This document shows, in pieces, positions 46,059 through 55,297 of a DNA stretch of 64,000 nt (position 1 is the first letter of the stretch; each line of letters starts with the position of its first letter). The stretch lies in assembly GCA_964576535.1 (NCBI GenBank), contig CAZNWB010000002.1, forward strand, positions 28,470-92,469. Reading direction: 5' to 3'. Position numbers and translations under genes: made by a program. The stretch is from an uncultured bacterium. GTDB taxonomy: Bacteria > Methylomirabilota > Methylomirabilia > Methylomirabilales > 2-02-FULL-66-22. Below the pieces are notes generated by a model. It made no database searches. It saw only the letters and a program-made list of their open reading frames with translations, and had not been told where the DNA came from.

Positions 46059-47267
46059 ATGGTCACTGAGTGTCTAAACCGTGTTAGCGGGTTCGCGAAC
46101 TACCTCCGACTCCCACCAACTGCAAGAGCCGAGCACAGGGCCGACCGATCCGGACTTGCCCAAGACGACCCAGGCTTGGACCGCGCCATTAAAGAGGGGG
46201 TCGCTTGGCTGTGTTGGGCACAGGACCACTCAGCTTCCAAAGACGGGGGTGTCGCCCGCCACCTCAGTCTGATTACTGGCTGGGGCACTTCCTACCCCGA
46301 GACAACGGGCTACATTGTCCCGACGCTCCTCACATACGCGCACCGATATCAGGATGCGACTGTCCGCCAACGCGCGAAAAGGATGCTTGATTGGCTGGCG
46401 TCGATCCAGCTTCGCGATGGCGGATTTCAGGGGGGGCCCGTCGGCGCCACGCCGCTCGTCCCCGTCACCTTCAACACGGGGCAAATTTTATTTGGGCTGG
46501 CCGCTGGCGCGAGAGAATTTGGAGAGTACGTCGAGCCAGTACTGCGGGCGGCTAACTGGTTAGTGAAGGTGCAAGATCCTGATGGGTGCTGGCGGCGGTA
46601 TCCCTCTCCGTTCGTGACACCAGGGGAGAAGACCTACGATACCCACGTCGCCTGGGCGCTTTTGGAAGTGGCCCGCCTCACGTCCGACAGAGTATACGCA
46701 GAGGCTGCGCTCGCCAACTTGCGCTGGGCCCTGTCTTTGCAGCACGAGAACGGCTGGTTTGACAACTGCTGTCTGACCGACCCCGCTCAGCCGTTGACGC
46801 ACACGTTGGGGTATGCGTTACGCGGAGTTCTTGAGGGCTATCGATTTACGGATGACAGCCGCTTCTTGAAGGCCGCTTGTACGACGGCTGATGGGATTCG
46901 AGCAGCGCTCCGAGATGACGGCTTCCTTCCAGCCCGGCTATACCCGAATTGGAGGGGGACAGTCTCATGGGCTTGCCTCACCGGCTCGGCTCAAATCGCG
47001 ATCTGTTGGCTCATGCTGTATCAGATTACGGGTGACACCAAATATCTGCATGCGGGATCTGCCGCAAACCGCTATTTGAGACGGACGATGAAAGTCAACG
47101 GACAGCCCGAAACCCGGGGCGCCATCAAGGGCTCATTCCCCGTCTACGGCGGCTACGGTACCTACGAATACCTGAGCTGGGCGGTCAAGTTTTGCATCGA
47201 CGCGAACCAGCTGGAGAAACAAATCCGGGATGGGGGTCTGCGTGCGGAACGCCCTTCGTACTCTTAA
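46059..47267 (+). CDS. Alpha/alpha-toroid repeat protein (prenyltransferase / squalene-oxidase-repeat-like)
   Basis: Repeated 'Q..DGG.' type motifs ('SIQLRDGGFQGG', 'KVQDPDGCWR', 'SLQHENGWFD') spaced about 50-60 aa apart. Confidence 0.5.
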   Translation: MVTECLNRVSGFANYLRLPPTARAEHRADRSGLAQDDPGLDRAIKEGVAWLCWAQDHSASKDGGVARHLSLITGWGTSYPETTGYIVPTLLTYAHRYQDATVRQRAKRMLDWLASIQLRDGGFQGGPVGATPLVPVTFNTGQILFGLAAGAREFGEYVEPVLRAANWLVKVQDPDGCWRRYPSPFVTPGEKTYDTHVAWALLEVARLTSDRVYAEAALANLRWALSLQHENGWFDNCCLTDPAQPLTHTLGYALRGVLEGYRFTDDSRFLKAACTTADGIRAALRDDGFLPARLYPNWRGTVSWACLTGSAQIAICWLMLYQITGDTKYLHAGSAANRYLRRTMKVNGQPETRGAIKGSFPVYGGYGTYEYLSWAVKFCIDANQLEKQIRDGGLRAERPSYS

Positions 47268-48132
47268 AGAGGTCTTACCCGCGGGCCTCGTGACCACACT
47301 GAAGCACGGCCGGAATACCTTCTTCGCGTATTGGGACCGACTCTTTTCCGTAGATAAGGAAGCCTTCAGGCAGGGGCTCCGGGATCTCGGCATTCGATCC
47401 GGAGAGATCCTGTATGTTCGAAGCTCCTACGATCATATGCGCTCCATTCGTGTCACGCCAGTGGAGAGTATCGAAATCCTCTGCGAGATCGTGGGGAGCT
47501 CCGGGACGGTGGCCATGCCCACATACCCGACGACCGGGCTCTCTCAGGAATATCTCGACGAGAACCCCTTCTTCGACTGGCGCCGTACCCCCTCGCGGTC
47601 CGGCCTCCTTACGGAGGTCTTCCGCCGGATGCCGGGAACCGAGCGCAGTCTTCACCCCACCCACTCCCTGGCCGCCCGGGGCGCCGTGGCCCATTGGCTC
47701 ACCCATGGCCATGAAGAGTGCGAGACCCCCTTCGACGAACATTCGCCCTACCAGAAGCTCCTCGACGCGAACGCCTTCGTCCTGAGCATCGGCCACTTTG
47801 ACGATACGCCCCTGCGTCACCTTGCGGACCATGCCGTTCAGGATCAGATTCCCTATCCGATTTACACCGACCGAGCCACGAAAGTCCGCGTGATCGCAAA
47901 GGACGGCACGGAACACGTGATCATGGTTCGGGCGCATAATCCAGCGCTTCGTTGCGACTTCCGCATCGTGCTTCCGCTTATGGCCCGCGAAGGCCTCCTG
48001 AAGATGAGCAGGGTGGGCAGAGTACCCGTGTTCCTGTTCAGGCTCCGGCCATACGTCGAGGCCTATCGCCGCTACTACGAACAGGGGTTATTTTGGCACT
48101 ACCTGGAACCACTTGCGGCCGGGCGACGATGA
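47230..48132 (+). CDS. AAC(3)-family (aminoglycoside N3-acetyltransferase-like) acyltransferase
   Basis: 'GTVAMPTYPT', 'TPSRSGLLTEVFRRMPGTERSLHPTHSLAARG' and 'HSPYQKLLDANAFVLSIG' follow the Antibiotic_NAT pattern. Confidence 0.65.
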   Translation: MGVCVRNALRTLKEVLPAGLVTTLKHGRNTFFAYWDRLFSVDKEAFRQGLRDLGIRSGEILYVRSSYDHMRSIRVTPVESIEILCEIVGSSGTVAMPTYPTTGLSQEYLDENPFFDWRRTPSRSGLLTEVFRRMPGTERSLHPTHSLAARGAVAHWLTHGHEECETPFDEHSPYQKLLDANAFVLSIGHFDDTPLRHLADHAVQDQIPYPIYTDRATKVRVIAKDGTEHVIMVRAHNPALRCDFRIVLPLMAREGLLKMSRVGRVPVFLFRLRPYVEAYRRYYEQGLFWHYLEPLAAGRR

Positions 48133-48749
48133 AATTGCTCGGCATCTCGGGCAGTGCGACCAAGAGCGGCCGAACACGAGCCGCAGTGCAGCTCGCGCTC
48201 GACTCAGCGCGCCATATCTTGCCGGAACTTGACACCCAGCTCGTCGACCTCTGTGAATGGAAGGTGTCGCTGTTCGACGGGCGGCCGCTCGCCGAGTACA
48301 CGGACGACACACAAGGTGTCGTCGAGATGATTCAGCATGCAGATTGCTTCCTCATCGGCAGCCCTATATATCGCGGCACGTACACCGGGGCTCTCAAGAA
48401 TCTCTTGGACCATGTCCCACTCGAGGCCTTGATGGGGAAGGTCGTAGGGCTCATCGCGACAGGAGCGACGGCACATCATTATTTGGCCATCGACCACGAA
48501 CTCCGGGCCCTGATGGCATATTTCAATGCCTACGTGCTGCCCGGCAGCGTGTATATCGAACAGGCTCAATTCCGGGAGCAAGATGTGGTTGATTCTCAAG
48601 CGCTTCAGCACTTGTACCAGCTCGGCCAGAGCGTCGTGCAAGCCGCCAAAGTACTGCGCGGAGTGGTACCTTCGCCTCCTCCGCTAGCGCAATGGATACG
48701 AGCGACGCGTCCTCGCAAGTCAACTCACCGTCTTAACCCCAGCGCGTAG
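48129..48749 (+). CDS. NAD(P)H-dependent FMN reductase (likely partner of the LLM oxidoreductase)
   Basis: ATGA overlap. 'MKLLGISGSATKSGRTR', 'ADCFLIGSPIYRGTYTGALKNLLDH' and 'VGLIATGATAHHYL'. Its last codons and stop lie inside repeat copy A. Confidence 0.75.
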   Translation: MKLLGISGSATKSGRTRAAVQLALDSARHILPELDTQLVDLCEWKVSLFDGRPLAEYTDDTQGVVEMIQHADCFLIGSPIYRGTYTGALKNLLDHVPLEALMGKVVGLIATGATAHHYLAIDHELRALMAYFNAYVLPGSVYIEQAQFREQDVVDSQALQHLYQLGQSVVQAAKVLRGVVPSPPPLAQWIRATRPRKSTHRLNPSA

Positions 48750-48779
48750 GCGAACGATCCTGCTGGGGCTCGGAGTGCT
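48741..48779 (+). repeat. Copy A: 39-nt fragment of the 5' end of the PrsT-like gene
   Basis: 'agcgcgtaggcgaacgatcctgctGgggctcggaGtgct' versus 63474-63512 is 37/39 identical. It encodes 'ARRRTILLGLGVL'. Confidence 0.8.
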
Positions 48780-48844
48780 ACTGATGGCAAGTACCAGCAT
48801 CGACGCGAATCTGCGGGAGAAGGCACTCTGGCGCTTAGGGGCGG

Positions 48845-49831
48845 ATGAGCATGCAATTTCACGCTGAACCAGTCGCGTCCACTATGCTGCTTCAGGCGCT
48901 GGCGGCGCGCGCCCCAACCAATCCCTTTGTCACACCATCCTACGTCGCCGCGCGCGCCACGCTTGGCGAGCGGCCATGGATATTGGGACTCCAGCAGGAG
49001 GGGCGGTGGGCGGTTGCATGCCTCGCGTTTCTCAGCCCGGGCTGGTTGGCCCGATCGGCGGAAGTGCCTTCCCTCCCGCTCCTCACTTCTGACAACAGTG
49101 CCTTCTGGCAGGGAATACTTTCGTTCGCCCGAAGGCATCAAGTGTGGGAGCTATTCTTGGAGAGCTTCGCGTCTCCTTCTCTCGAACTGCCCCCGCTACC
49201 CGGGGAGCGGGCTCGGCACGCGCGCCGCGAGTATCTAATCGATTTGTCCAATGGGGATCCTTGGCAGACCCTTTCGTCCCATCACAGGCGCAATGTGACA
49301 CGAGCGAAGAAAGAGGGTCTGGCACTACGGCGTACCGCCAACGCGGAGGCTTGCGAGACACACGCTCGGCTAATCTCCGCCTCGTTGTCTCGACGCGCCG
49401 CGCGAGGGGAGGCGGTGGTGACAGTGGCTGAATACACGGATTTCCACCGGGCTCTCATCGGGAGCGGAGCGGCAGAACTCTTTCAGGCTGTCCGCGGAAA
49501 CGAAGTAATCTCGTCAGTCCTCGTTCTGAAGGCGGCGCAAGGAGCGTACTATCAATCCGCGGGCACGCTACAAGATGGAATGGCATGTGGCGCCTCGCAC
49601 TTCCTAATCCATGAAACCTGTCAGGTGCTCAAAGCCGAGAATGTGCATCTGTTCAACCTCGGGGGAGCTGGACCGCACGAGCTGGGGCTGCAGCGATTCA
49701 AGGCGGGGTTCGGCGCGAGAGAACTGCGCCTCGAGGCCGTGCAACTCGTTCTGGCCAGTGGGATCAAGCGCACACTGAGAACTGCGGCGCGGTTACTCTT
49801 GCCCCAGAAGGCTTTCCACGCGCTGTTCTAA
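48845..49831 (+). CDS. FemAB-family / GNAT (Acetyltransf_6-like) aminoacyl- or acyl-transferase
   Basis: 'LSSHHRRNVTRAKKEGLALRR', 'GAYYQSAGT...GASHFLIHE' and 'FNLGGA...GLQRFKAGFGA'. Confidence 0.6.
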   Translation: MSMQFHAEPVASTMLLQALAARAPTNPFVTPSYVAARATLGERPWILGLQQEGRWAVACLAFLSPGWLARSAEVPSLPLLTSDNSAFWQGILSFARRHQVWELFLESFASPSLELPPLPGERARHARREYLIDLSNGDPWQTLSSHHRRNVTRAKKEGLALRRTANAEACETHARLISASLSRRAARGEAVVTVAEYTDFHRALIGSGAAELFQAVRGNEVISSVLVLKAAQGAYYQSAGTLQDGMACGASHFLIHETCQVLKAENVHLFNLGGAGPHELGLQRFKAGFGARELRLEAVQLVLASGIKRTLRTAARLLLPQKAFHALF

Positions 49832-49918
49832 GAACCCCGGGACGCTCTGGGCCGTGTTTACGGATGATCCAAGACACCACGGCCGGATCTAGAGCCTTGG
49901 AAGTCATCTGATGAAGCT

Positions 49919-50686
49919 TTGATAGACCTCGCGACTGAAAGGCGAGAATTGTTATCTCTTCAACCTGGAGGTAGCGATGAAAGGGTGGTTCCCGTAGTAG
50001 CGGCCTACGACTGGCTCTATATCGGGTCATACGGCTGTCGGGTGAGTCCCTTCGTCCTAAACCTGATCTCGAACTTCCTCTTCGTCCCGCTGACAATCTT
50101 CCGTGGGCGAGTTACGCCACAGCGCTGGGTGCGCTACTGGATTTGCCCCTCCGACGTACATTCGGGCACCCCGCCCGCACCCCGGCTCACGCCGGTGACA
50201 GACGAAATCATCCGGCAACTTCGCAATCACCCGGACCGCACCCACAATGAATTACAGTCCGGATTGCGATGGTGGGACCATGGACTGCGCCGAGCCTATG
50301 TCTGGCTCGAAACCGAGGGCCCGCTCTGTATCCAGTGGCTCCTAACCGACGGTGATAATGCGAAGCTCAGGACCCTGCCGATCTGGGCGGGGATGTACCC
50401 GCCGCTTCCACCGGAACGCGGCCAAGTCGAACATCTGCTCAGGTTCACAAATGCGGGGCGAGGGGTTGCCACACAGTTCGCGCGCGCCATGTATGAGGAG
50501 GCGCGACGCGCCGGATTGCGAGACCTTATCACCCACATCCACGAGAACAACGTCCCAGCGCGCGTGTGGGCCGAGCGAACGGGCTGGCGGCGCTACGGGA
50601 CCATCACGCGATACGGATTCGATTTGCCGGGATTGCGAGATCTCAACATCTGCCTACATCGTACGAGCCCTAGTCGGCAATCGTGA
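49919..50686 (+). CDS. GNAT-family acetyltransferase (start uncertain)
   Basis: C-terminal 'GRGVATQFARAMYEEARRAGLRDLITHIHENNVPARVWAERTGWRRYG' is an acetyl-CoA-binding-type motif. The TTG start at 49919 is speculative. Confidence 0.5.
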   Translation: MIDLATERRELLSLQPGGSDERVVPVVAAYDWLYIGSYGCRVSPFVLNLISNFLFVPLTIFRGRVTPQRWVRYWICPSDVHSGTPPAPRLTPVTDEIIRQLRNHPDRTHNELQSGLRWWDHGLRRAYVWLETEGPLCIQWLLTDGDNAKLRTLPIWAGMYPPLPPERGQVEHLLRFTNAGRGVATQFARAMYEEARRAGLRDLITHIHENNVPARVWAERTGWRRYGTITRYGFDLPGLRDLNICLHRTSPSRQS

Positions 50687-50730
50687 GTTGGAGCCGCCGC
50701 GCGACAGGCAGTGGGCCGGAGGGTAAGCGA

Positions 50731-52263
50731 ATGCTCTATACAGTGGCTGACATACTGAGACGTGGCCGGGGACCGAGCCCGGGTGAGAAGGTGGCCATCG
50801 TAGATGGCGACCAACGTGTCACCTATCGAGAACTACACGACCTGGCCCTCGGGTACGGGAACTTATTGAGCGAATCCGGCCTGAAGAAGGGCGATCGTGT
50901 GGCGATCTTCCTGCGGCGCTCTGTCAAGGCGGTGGCTGGCTTGTTCGCCACGTATTTTGCAGGTGGCGTTGCGGTCATCATCAACGAGATGCTACGCCCC
51001 AAGCAAGTGAACTACATCCTAGAGCACAGCCAGGCCTCCTTCCTCATTACCGACAGTCGCCAGCTGCTGTACGTCCCCGAGCCAGCCATTCAGAAGGAAC
51101 GGATCATTAATCTGGATGAAGCGAAACCCACCAGCGCGACCTCTACCTCCGCCTCGGCGATCGGGACCGATCTGGCTCTCATTATCTATACATCGGGATC
51201 CACAGGCCTCCCGAAGGGCGTCATGATCAGTCACGATAATCTCTTATCCGGCGCCGAGATCGTGGCGGACTATTTGAATCTCTCGGCGGATGACACGCTG
51301 ATCAGTCTCCTTCCATTCAGCTTCGATTACGGTCTAAACCAGCTCCTGACGGCCCTGCTCGTCGGTGGGACTCTGGTGATTCAGCGTTCCCTATTTCCGC
51401 CTGATATTTGTAAGACACTGCAACGGGAGAAGGTGACCGGTATGGCAGGCGTCCCCACGCTGTGGCTCCAGCTCATCGACAAACACTCACCCTTTATGAA
51501 GACGACCTTTCCCCGCCTTCGGTATCTTACCAATACCGGCGGCCGCTTGCCGGAGCACGTGGTCCGATTGATTCGAAAGACCCATCCGCAGGTGGACCTC
51601 TATCTCATGTACGGCCTGACGGAGGCCTTTCGATCCACCTATCTGCCGCCAAACCAGACGGATCTGCGACCTACTTCCATTGGAAAAGCCATACCAAACG
51701 TCGAGGTTCTCGTCGTCAACGAGCAGGGGCGCCCCTGCGGCGTCGATGAGGTCGGCGAACTCGTCCACAGAGGCACCACTGTGGCCATGGGCTACTGGCG
51801 TGATCCCAATGCCACGGCCAAAGTATTTCGACCCCACCCATTCCAACAGCCTGGAGGGAATTCGAACGAGAAGGTGGCTTTTTCGGGGGACCTTGTCAAA
51901 AAGGACGGCGACGGGTATCTGTACTACGTCGGCCGGCGCGACCAACTGATCAAATCCCAGGGATTTCGCGTCAGCCCGGAAGAGATCGAGCACTGCGTTT
52001 TCTCCTCACACTTAGTTTCCAACGCCGCCGCCTTCGCCGTTTCGAGCAACGAAGTTGATCCTGATATCGTCGTCGCCGTGAAGCCCAGAGACCCCTCGAG
52101 TTTTCGTCACGAGCTCCTGCACGACTTCTGCAAGCGTGAGATGCCACCTTACTTGCGGCCTCGCGTGATCTGGTGCTTGGACGATTTCCCCCTGACACCA
52201 ACCGGAAAACCGGACCGTGTCGCTCTTCAGAAAGCCTATGTGGACACCCATAAGCGCTCTTGA
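50731..52263 (+). CDS. AMP-dependent acyl-CoA/acyl-carrier ligase
   Basis: 'LALIIYTSGSTGLPKGVMISHDN', 'MYGLTEA', 'FSGDLVKKDGDGYLYYVGRRDQLIKSQGFRVSPEEIE' and 'PLTPTGKPDR'. Confidence 0.85.
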   Translation: MLYTVADILRRGRGPSPGEKVAIVDGDQRVTYRELHDLALGYGNLLSESGLKKGDRVAIFLRRSVKAVAGLFATYFAGGVAVIINEMLRPKQVNYILEHSQASFLITDSRQLLYVPEPAIQKERIINLDEAKPTSATSTSASAIGTDLALIIYTSGSTGLPKGVMISHDNLLSGAEIVADYLNLSADDTLISLLPFSFDYGLNQLLTALLVGGTLVIQRSLFPPDICKTLQREKVTGMAGVPTLWLQLIDKHSPFMKTTFPRLRYLTNTGGRLPEHVVRLIRKTHPQVDLYLMYGLTEAFRSTYLPPNQTDLRPTSIGKAIPNVEVLVVNEQGRPCGVDEVGELVHRGTTVAMGYWRDPNATAKVFRPHPFQQPGGNSNEKVAFSGDLVKKDGDGYLYYVGRRDQLIKSQGFRVSPEEIEHCVFSSHLVSNAAAFAVSSNEVDPDIVVAVKPRDPSSFRHELLHDFCKREMPPYLRPRVIWCLDDFPLTPTGKPDRVALQKAYVDTHKRS

Positions 52264-53425
52264 ACCATTTTTCGAACCCCAGAAACGCTTCGACGCCCTG
52301 AGCGCGGCGACTTTCCGGCGATTCGGGCCGAAGATCGTCGACCTCTCCTACGCGAATCCCTATGACGGGCCGGATGATGAGGTTCGTCAGGCCCTGCACT
52401 CGGCCATAGGGAACACAAAGGATCTTTCGCTCCAATATACCCCATACGGCGGCAAGACCACCACGCGTCGGTTGATTGCCTCGAAGTTGAGTGCCGAGTA
52501 TGGCGTTCCCTTCCACTTCCGCGATGTCGTCATGACGCCCGGGGCGATGGCGGCGCTCAACGTCACGTTCAGAACCCTGTTCGGGCCGGAAGATGAAGTC
52601 CTCGTGCCGACGCCGTGTTGGTTCGACTACCCACTCTATCTGCAGAATCTCGGCATTCCGTACCGGTTCGTGACAACCACCGAAGATAAGCATCTGGACC
52701 TGTCGGCGATTGGTCGCGCCCTAAGCGCACGGACTCGAGCCATTCTCCTCAGCCATCCGTGTTGCCCCACTGGGGTGGTGTATTCGCGAGACGAAATCGA
52801 CGGGCTGGCGGACCTGCTGACGCACGCCGAGCAACGACTCAACGCGCCCATTTACTTGATCAGCGACGAGGTACATCGACACCTGATTTGGCGTACCACC
52901 GAATTTTACAGCCCGCTACAAGCTTACCCCCGCAGCCTCACCATCTACTCGTTTGGTAAGGTGCTATCCCTCCAGGGGCAACGTATCGGGTATGTGGCCG
53001 TGTCCCCCCGAATGCCCGAGCGAGACAGCATGAGAGCGCAGCTGGAGCGATGCGTGAGAATCACCGGATTCTGCGCTCCGACTGCGCTCATGCAGAACGC
53101 CATCTGCCGGCTGCTGGACTACCACCCCCGGCTCGACCTACTCGCCCGCCATCAAGAAACGATCCGGACCAACTTAAAGGCGTGGGGGTACGCGGTGTGC
53201 GACGCCCCGGCCACCTTCTTCGTCTATGTCAAGTCGCCTCTCGCCGATGATTTCGCGTTCACCGAGCTATTGGCGGCCCGAGGGGTGCTCGTCACGCCCT
53301 CGACGCTTTTCCACGAAACCGGATACATTCGTATTTCTCTCACGGCGAAATCCGAGGCCATCGCCGCGGGCCTCCCGGAGTTCCAACGCGTTTTAGAAGA
53401 CCTTGCCCAGTACAAGCATGCTTGA
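52238..53425 (+). CDS. Class I/II PLP-dependent aminotransferase
   Basis: 'IVDLSYANP', 'VLVPTPCWFDYP' and 'SLTIYSFGKVLSLQGQRIGY' (Lys of the SxxK PLP site). Overlaps the ligase gene by 26 nt. Confidence 0.75.
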   Translation: MWTPISALEPFFEPQKRFDALSAATFRRFGPKIVDLSYANPYDGPDDEVRQALHSAIGNTKDLSLQYTPYGGKTTTRRLIASKLSAEYGVPFHFRDVVMTPGAMAALNVTFRTLFGPEDEVLVPTPCWFDYPLYLQNLGIPYRFVTTTEDKHLDLSAIGRALSARTRAILLSHPCCPTGVVYSRDEIDGLADLLTHAEQRLNAPIYLISDEVHRHLIWRTTEFYSPLQAYPRSLTIYSFGKVLSLQGQRIGYVAVSPRMPERDSMRAQLERCVRITGFCAPTALMQNAICRLLDYHPRLDLLARHQETIRTNLKAWGYAVCDAPATFFVYVKSPLADDFAFTELLAARGVLVTPSTLFHETGYIRISLTAKSEAIAAGLPEFQRVLEDLAQYKHA

Positions 53426-54761
53426 GTCGATGACGATGATACACAACTTCTGCTGGGCCGGGGATTCGCCTTGGATGCCCGCGCAGCGCGACTCTACGGC
53501 CAGCAGTATCGACATGCTGCCAACCCTACACGGCCAATTCGCACTCGCTCTCACAAGCCCCGAAGACACCACAGTCACGCTAATTCGTGACCGCCTCGGA
53601 GCCAACAAACTGTTCTTTGCCCTTCACGAATCGGGAACAGTATTGGTCGCCAACTATCTCATCGACCTCGCCCGTCGCGGTGTCCCGTTCGAGTGCATCT
53701 ACTCGGTACCGGCTGGCCACTTCATGGAAATAGACCTGCAGCACCGAGCGCTGCGCCTGATCCCATATTTCTCCCCACGCATAGACGACACCGAAAAGGG
53801 GCAACTCCGGGCTGTAGTCGCCACGACGATCCGCACACACCTTGACCGCTGGTTCAAGAGATTGGCGGAGCAATTCCACTCCCGCCGCATATTTGTGTGC
53901 GTCTCGGGCGGCCTCGATAGTGGCCTCATCGCGGCCTTCGCGAAAAGATATTTTCCCGACGTGACGGCATACACGTTTGGATACACGCAAACCGGCGACG
54001 AGTCCACGGAGGATGCCTACTATGGACGCCTCCTCGCCGAACACCTCGAGCTTCCGTTTCGCTTCGTCCCGGCCTCGTCAGACGACGTACTGAAGGCCGT
54101 CGAGAGTGCACTCGTATACGGGCAGGACTGGCGTGATTTCAACGTCCACTGCGCGATCGTGAACGAATTGCTCGCACGCGCAATGGCGTCTGATTTGGGC
54201 CAGGCAACAGACGGCCTCCCCCCGCTGGTCCTCACAGGGGATCTGATGAACGAGTTCATCGCCGACTATACCCCCGTGGTCTACGGCGGGAGGGAGTATT
54301 ACCCGTTGCCGAAGCTCGACCGCGCCTCCTTGAGACTCGCCTTGATTCGTGGCTTAGACGCTGGCGATCGAGAGGTCGGCATCTTTGCCAGGCATGGGCT
54401 CGATCTCATTCAGCCCTACGGGCTACTCCTCGATCTGTATCTGGCGCTACCAGGCTCTCTCCTTCGCGAGGGGCACGCAAAGCAGACGCTCGCACGCGCA
54501 ATTGCGGGCGACCTCTTGCCAGATTGGATTTTCCATCGAACGAAGGTCCGGGCCCAGATCGGCAACTCCAAGGAACCCGCCGGCATACTCCCCGTACTCT
54601 CAGAGTCCGGCCGCGACGCCGAGTGGATCCAGAACACCTTTCGCGAGCTGCTCGGAATCGAGCACGGCGCATCGCTGAGCCGGTTCATTCGGGCTGGGAT
54701 CTATCGCTTCATCAACGATTTCCCAAGGCGAACAACCACAAATGGCTATTTTATCAACTAG
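53418..54761 (+). CDS. Asparagine-synthetase-B-like PP-loop ATPase with a truncated, Cys1-less N-terminal domain
   Basis: 'IFVCVSGGLDSGLIAA' (SGGxDS) and 'GQFALAL...IRDRLGANKLFF'. No Cys follows the initiator Met, and the N-terminal domain is about 80 aa shorter than in the paralogue at 18608. Confidence 0.7.
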   Translation: MLESMTMIHNFCWAGDSPWMPAQRDSTASSIDMLPTLHGQFALALTSPEDTTVTLIRDRLGANKLFFALHESGTVLVANYLIDLARRGVPFECIYSVPAGHFMEIDLQHRALRLIPYFSPRIDDTEKGQLRAVVATTIRTHLDRWFKRLAEQFHSRRIFVCVSGGLDSGLIAAFAKRYFPDVTAYTFGYTQTGDESTEDAYYGRLLAEHLELPFRFVPASSDDVLKAVESALVYGQDWRDFNVHCAIVNELLARAMASDLGQATDGLPPLVLTGDLMNEFIADYTPVVYGGREYYPLPKLDRASLRLALIRGLDAGDREVGIFARHGLDLIQPYGLLLDLYLALPGSLLREGHAKQTLARAIAGDLLPDWIFHRTKVRAQIGNSKEPAGILPVLSESGRDAEWIQNTFRELLGIEHGASLSRFIRAGIYRFINDFPRRTTTNGYFIN

Positions 54762-55035
54762 CATCGCTCCGGCGATCGAGGAGTTCATCCGACGGGAGCA
54801 TCAGATACCAGACAATGACCCTTTGTACACCCGAGACGCCCACTTGTTCGAATCGGGCTTTGTAGATTCTCTGGGATTTACTCAACTGATTGCCTTCATT
54901 GAGTCCACGTTCGAGATGACATTTGACGTCGAGCATCTGTTCAGCGAGGAATTCACGACAATCAACGGCATCAGTGAGGTGATTCACGCACGCCTCAACA
55001 ACCGACAAGCCAAATCCTCCTGCGCGAACCCCTAA
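54742..55035 (+). CDS. Acyl carrier protein
   Basis: 97 aa. 'LFESGFVDSLGFTQLIAFIESTFEM' carries the Ser attachment motif. Overlaps the AsnB-like gene by 20 nt. Confidence 0.75.
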   Translation: MAILSTSIAPAIEEFIRREHQIPDNDPLYTRDAHLFESGFVDSLGFTQLIAFIESTFEMTFDVEHLFSEEFTTINGISEVIHARLNNRQAKSSCANP

Positions 55036-55297
55036 CGGGCCGCCTCGGCACTGATCATTCTAGAGCCGACGCAGCTTCACGGGGATATTCGGCTTACAGC
55101 GTACCGATGACATAGTTTGGTCAGCGTCTCCTCTAGAGCTCACCCTCCAGTGGTCAGGAATGTTGCCGGGAAAGTGTATGGGAGATGGAATGAGCCGCGC
55201 TAGGAGACGTTCGCGACCGATACGCCGGAGAGTCGCATGGCAAGGCCATAATGGAAAACCCCCGTACGCGTCCGGGAAAGAAGAGCCTCTGAAACTC

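Noticed and set aside
46059-47267. Toroid-repeat protein considered as a lanthipeptide cyclase (LanC-like) or squalene-hopene cyclase
   Set aside because: No LanC Zn-ligand pattern (CC/CH motifs) or DxDD/DCTAE cyclase motif was recognised, and at 402 aa it is too short for a squalene-hopene cyclase. Only the generic alpha/alpha-toroid repeat call is kept.
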